From NCBI GenBank assembly GCA_029856045.1, contig JAHQWG010000042.1:1-21176 (forward strand): a stretch of 21,176 nucleotides of DNA, read 5' to 3'. Every line of letters starts with the position of its first letter. The first letter of the stretch is position 1. Below the pieces are notes generated by a model that was not told the origin of the DNA, made no database searches, and saw nothing but the letters and a program-made list of their open reading frames with translations. The translations under genes and the position numbers were made by a program. Below, in pieces: positions 17,658 through 21,176 of this stretch. The stretch is from Promethearchaeia archaeon (GTDB taxonomy: Archaea > Asgardarchaeota > Lokiarchaeia > Sigyniarchaeales > SOKP01).

Positions 17658-18656
17658 TTATTCACCTTTTTTTTCTTTCTTGCGGGAGGAATCAAGATTT
17701 ACAAGAATAATTCCCAGTATTACTAATAATAAAGCAAAAGGATAGATGAAAACATCGAATTGTTCTTGTAAAAATATAGCAGAGAGGATTACTCCAAATA
17801 AAGGTACTAATGTTTGGAATATCGCAGCTCTACTAGCATTTAAACGCTTAACTCCTTCTAAATAAAACGTATATGCTCCTACTGTAGATATAAATGCTAA
17901 ATATGCAATCCCAATCCATATTCGAGGTGGTATATTAAAGTATTCTAGCGGATTAAGAAACTCTGGGCTAACAAGTAATGCTATAGGAGTGGTTGCTAAA
18001 AATCCAAAAAAAGATACCCAAGTAATTATCCATAGCGATGATGGTTGATAAGATTTAAGATTATTTTGGATTTTATTCAAAAAATAACGTGAAGTTACCG
18101 TATATACAGCATAAGCAAATGCGGCTGCCAATATTAATATATCTCCAAGGATTCGATTCGAGACATCTACATTCGGAGAAAATCCTACAACGATGATAAC
18201 AGCCATGAATGCTAACAGAGTTCCTGCAACTTTTTTCCAAGTAAAAAATTCTGTTTTTAAGAATTTGCTGGAAAAGATAATAACCCAAATAGCGTTTGTT
18301 GCGACCATTATACTAGCATCACTTGCAGAAGTGAAAATTTCACCTATAAGATAACCTGCTTGATAAATTGTTACAGATGTTAATCCCATGAAGGTTAATA
18401 TTTTCCAATTTTCTTTTGCAAATCGCCAATTTAAAGTTCCTTCTTGATATTTCAGAATCAGAAAAAAACAAATTACGGCCAGAAAATAACGGATTGTTGC
18501 TATCATTAATGGCGGAATAGTCAATCCTCCAACTTCTTCAGATACTAACCATCGACCTAATGGCCAGGTACCTCCCCAAATAACCATAGTTAAGATTAAT
18601 AATATATAAACAATGATCTCCTGTTTTCTATTAACATTTGAGATTGAATTTATTAT
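17658..18656 (-). CDS. EamA/DMT superfamily transporter (10 TM); true start probably upstream of the first ATG at 18587
   Basis: IWGGTWP, PP...ATIRY, SASDAS, GDILIL, GVKRLNASRA, LVPLFGVILSAIFLQE motifs. The frame stays open to 18677 and encodes RKQEIIVYILLILT before the ATG; AGGTGA at 18666-18661 precedes in-frame ATA ATA. Confidence 0.88.
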   Translation of the reverse strand: MINSISNVNRKQEIIVYILLILTMVIWGGTWPLGRWLVSEEVGGLTIPPLMIATIRYFLAVICFFLILKYQEGTLNWRFAKENWKILTFMGLTSVTIYQAGYLIGEIFTSASDASIMVATNAIWVIIFSSKFLKTEFFTWKKVAGTLLAFMAVIIVVGFSPNVDVSNRILGDILILAAAFAYAVYTVTSRYFLNKIQNNLKSYQPSSLWIITWVSFFGFLATTPIALLVSPEFLNPLEYFNIPPRIWIGIAYLAFISTVGAYTFYLEGVKRLNASRAAIFQTLVPLFGVILSAIFLQEQFDVFIYPFALLLVILGIILVNLDSSRKKEKKGE

Positions 18657-18757
18657 TGATTCACCTATTGAAAATCTCTACTAATCGCAATACGAGTATT
18701 TTTCCGTATCTTTCCATTTTCTCAACTCACATTTCTTTATACCACTTACTAATTAAA

Positions 18758-18907
18758 TTAAATATTTTTGGTCCTTACAGCTGTTATAAATGATTTCAAA
18801 TTCTTGAGGAATTCTTCTTTATTATCGATTCTACTCACCAGTAAATTTTGCACATCCCATACCAAAAGAGCTGTATGACCTGGATCTACAATCTCTTTTA
18901 AATTCAA
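18758..18907 (-). pseudogene. Truncated isochorismatase-like (cysteine hydrolase) gene, N-terminal 49 aa only
   Basis: Manual translation (TTG start) MNLKEIVDPGHTALLVWDVQNLLVSRIDNKEEFLKNLKSFITAVRTKNI*. TALLVWDVQN matches the family TAL...D.QN motif; the catalytic Lys and Cys regions are missing. Confidence 0.8.
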
Positions 18908-19131
18908 ATATACCGTTTTTAATCAATCTTTTATTTTTTTACATAATAAATATATGTATATTTTAAATTATTTTCTATGCAGCCTTACTAATTCTTTCAA
19001 ATATGAGCATTTTTAAGTTTTAAATAAAACTTTAATTTAAAAGAATTCAAACTTAATGTCTTTAATTTAAATAAGATTGTTTTTGTAAGAAAATATAAAA
19101 AAAAGAAATTAATTAAAATTTACAAATCTCC

Positions 19132-21176
19132 CTAATAATAGGTATGTGTGCTGCTTATATTGACTAATCGAGGTAAAATTATTCCCGAAGGATAAGATGG
19201 ACCAACAAGTAATGTATTATTTGCGATATAATAGGTTAAATAATTAGTAGATAATGGTTCGCCAGTATTTGGATTCACAGCAAAACGATCTGCATTACTA
19301 CTTGAAATAGCCACCCGAATTTTATGACCAGGAGCCCAAACATATGCTGAACTCCAACAATCTACGAGAAGTTTATAAACATCATTTTGATTGCCTGACA
19401 TGAAACTCACATCTTCAGGTAAATATCCCTCTCTACTCCTAACTGTTAAAGAACCATCAGTAATTAACATCGATCTTCCATCTGGATAAACATCTGTGAG
19501 TTTTATCGTAAAATCTGTATCTGTACAGTTCGATGTTACAAATAATTGGCCCCAAATTCTTCCAACAGTCTCGACAGATTTTGTTAAATTATCTGTCTCA
19601 AATATTAAAACATCCGCTCTGTTTTCAATCTCTCTCTGATCCATGGGTCCACATAGATCAAAAGGTTGATTTTGTCCACCAAGATTAGGAACTGGATCTG
19701 TAGGGTCGAATAAATATGAATAATTCATGTTATTTGTCCCTACTGATAAATTATTTAAAGTTCCTCCAGCATTGAAATACCATGTGTCATTTACATAATC
19801 GAGTGGCCAATCATAGGTATATCTCCAATAATTCCATTGATTGGATTCTTCAATAACACTGCCCATTATATAATAAGCAACTCGTTCTTCATCCCAATTT
19901 GTGGGAATATCCAACAGAGAATCATCAAAAATCTCCTGTTCCCAACCTAATACCAAATCATATCCATTAGAATTCAGTGGATATGTTAATTCCCCTTGTT
20001 TTGTAGATTGGAAATTTACGTGAGTCCATGGTCCAATAATCATCTTTTGATGCCCTTTAGCACGTGTAGCGCCCATATCATCGTATCCTATATAACCATC
20101 AATTGTTCCTTGAAGAAAATGGTCATACCACCCTCCTACATGAAGTGCTCTAACAGTTACATTAGAATAATGTGGTCCCAATGGTATTGATAAGGAAGTT
20201 GAATTATACAAAACAATATTTTTTGGGTGAAATTGAAAAATCAAACTGATCTGATAATCATAATTATCAGGTGCAGTACTTTCTATCCATGTCTCTACGG
20301 ATGATTTATGATAAGAACCTTGATATATTGCATGATCATACATCTCTGGTGTTCCAAACCATAATTGTTGGCATAATAATCCCTCAGGGTTCATTCCTGC
20401 ATAATAATATTGATTCATACAGAGAGCACTCGCCCCGGAACTCCCAATTCTACCATTACACCAAGGTTGAGCTCGCACCCATTCAACTGTATCAACTCCA
20501 TCTAAATAAGATTTAGTAAATAATTGAAAACTGGAATCACTTTCTGAATCATGTGTCCCTCTCATATCTTGAATTACAACATGATATCCTTGTGGAAGAT
20601 ACAATAATTCTGCTAGGCTGTAACTCCAGCCAGTTTTTCCATATGGTGTTCTTATGAGAATAACTGGTCTAGGTGCTCCAAAAAACCCAGGGGCAAAATA
20701 AACATCAGTTGCTAATTTCACGCCATCGTCCATTTCGATCATATAAGTTTGCCTAACTGGTGGAGCATATACTGCAGCACTTATAATAATTGTTGTTGGA
20801 AAGGCAATAAGAACTATCAAAATTAAATACTGAATAAGTTGAGGAAGTTTATTGAGACGCCGTTTGCTATATTTTTCCAATAAATCTGACAACGAGAAAG
20901 AAGAATTTTTTAATCCGTAATACAAATAAACAAGAACACTTATGCCAATCGCAGCAATTACATAGTTTTCTTCTTCAAATATATACCAAAAAATCCCTAA
21001 AACTGGTGAAAGAATGTTAATTAGAGTTCCCAAAATTTCTATAATTCTAGATCTTCTCTCTTCTCCAATTTTTTTAAGATAACTGCCAGTCATCATAAGC
21101 GAATAAAAGGAAATAAATGCAGCAATAGGTAGATACAACATTCCAACTAATATTAATAGCACCTGCTTTAAAGTGA
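19132..21176 (-). CDS. CocE/NonD (peptidase S15 / PepX-like) serine hydrolase with N-terminal membrane domain; 5' end outside the window
   Basis: DDGVKLATDVY, RTPYGK, QDMRGT, GASAL nucleophile elbow, GGWYD, IGPWTH, and PepX_C-like DTDFTIKLTDVYPDG / GHKIRVAISSSN. The frame is open beyond GTG 21162 to the window edge. Confidence 0.9.
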   Translation of the reverse strand, partial: TLKQVLLILVGMLYLPIAAFISFYSLMMTGSYLKKIGEERRSRIIEILGTLINILSPVLGIFWYIFEEENYVIAAIGISVLVYLYYGLKNSSFSLSDLLEKYSKRRLNKLPQLIQYLILIVLIAFPTTIIISAAVYAPPVRQTYMIEMDDGVKLATDVYFAPGFFGAPRPVILIRTPYGKTGWSYSLAELLYLPQGYHVVIQDMRGTHDSESDSSFQLFTKSYLDGVDTVEWVRAQPWCNGRIGSSGASALCMNQYYYAGMNPEGLLCQQLWFGTPEMYDHAIYQGSYHKSSVETWIESTAPDNYDYQISLIFQFHPKNIVLYNSTSLSIPLGPHYSNVTVRALHVGGWYDHFLQGTIDGYIGYDDMGATRAKGHQKMIIGPWTHVNFQSTKQGELTYPLNSNGYDLVLGWEQEIFDDSLLDIPTNWDEERVAYYIMGSVIEESNQWNYWRYTYDWPLDYVNDTWYFNAGGTLNNLSVGTNNMNYSYLFDPTDPVPNLGGQNQPFDLCGPMDQREIENRADVLIFETDNLTKSVETVGRIWGQLFVTSNCTDTDFTIKLTDVYPDGRSMLITDGSLTVRSREGYLPEDVSFMSGNQNDVYKLLVDCWSSAYVWAPGHKIRVAISSSNADRFAVNPNTGEPLSTNYLTYYIANNTLLVGPSYPSGIILPRLVNISSTHTYY

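Noticed and set aside
3098-17658. 13-mer TATCTATCCACTT shared by two intergenic regions (3098-3110 and 17646-17658)
   Set aside because: Only two copies, in different positional contexts (upstream of a start, and directly after a stop); matches this long are expected occasionally in 21 kb of AT-rich DNA.
17302-18777. 9-bp direct repeat TGGTCCTTA (17302-17310 and 18769-18777) near both pseudogene breakpoints, resembling a target-site duplication
   Set aside because: The isochorismatase frame does not resume beyond the left copy (it stops within a few codons), there are no terminal inverted repeats or transposase, and a 9-mer match is plausible by chance.
344-20516. Short ORF-track entries antisense to or nested in long genes (344-565, 864-1055, 3728-3919, 6203-6400, 7345-7554, 7745-7954, 8409-8678, 10566-10931, 11457-11861, 12480-12698, 13584-13850, 15767-15970, 18073-18288, 19996-20190, 20271-20516)
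   Set aside because: Shadow ORFs overlapping well-supported genes, with no recognisable motifs.

Overview
AT-rich archaeal chromosomal DNA, most likely Asgard/Lokiarchaeia. That assignment is an inference from an archaeal-type tRNA-Val(GAC) without encoded CCA, TATA-type promoters, a Loki-type Zn-ribbon protein and large soluble multi-PAS kinases. The window holds a phytoene-dehydrogenase-like FAD oxidoreductase coupled to an FNR-type reductase, three hypothetical proteins, a UPF0175-like small gene with an in-frame TAG, tRNA-Val, a ceramidase-like amidohydrolase and an acyl-CoA synthetase. These are followed by two tandem 5-PAS histidine kinases, two alpha/beta hydrolases, an EamA transporter, two gene remnants and a membrane-anchored CocE/NonD hydrolase. 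The strongest unusual signal is that the kinases look like mosaics of exchangeable PAS cassettes: one PAS module sits at different positions in the two genes, GC content shifts between modules, and several junctions share a GC-rich motif (ATCACCGAGCGYAAGAAGG) that runs against local codon bias. Other signals are an esterase bracketed by a duplicated, displaced gene 3' end, two genes without a usable canonical start codon, and a tRNA lacking the invariant D-loop GG. No integrase, transposase or CRISPR array is visible.
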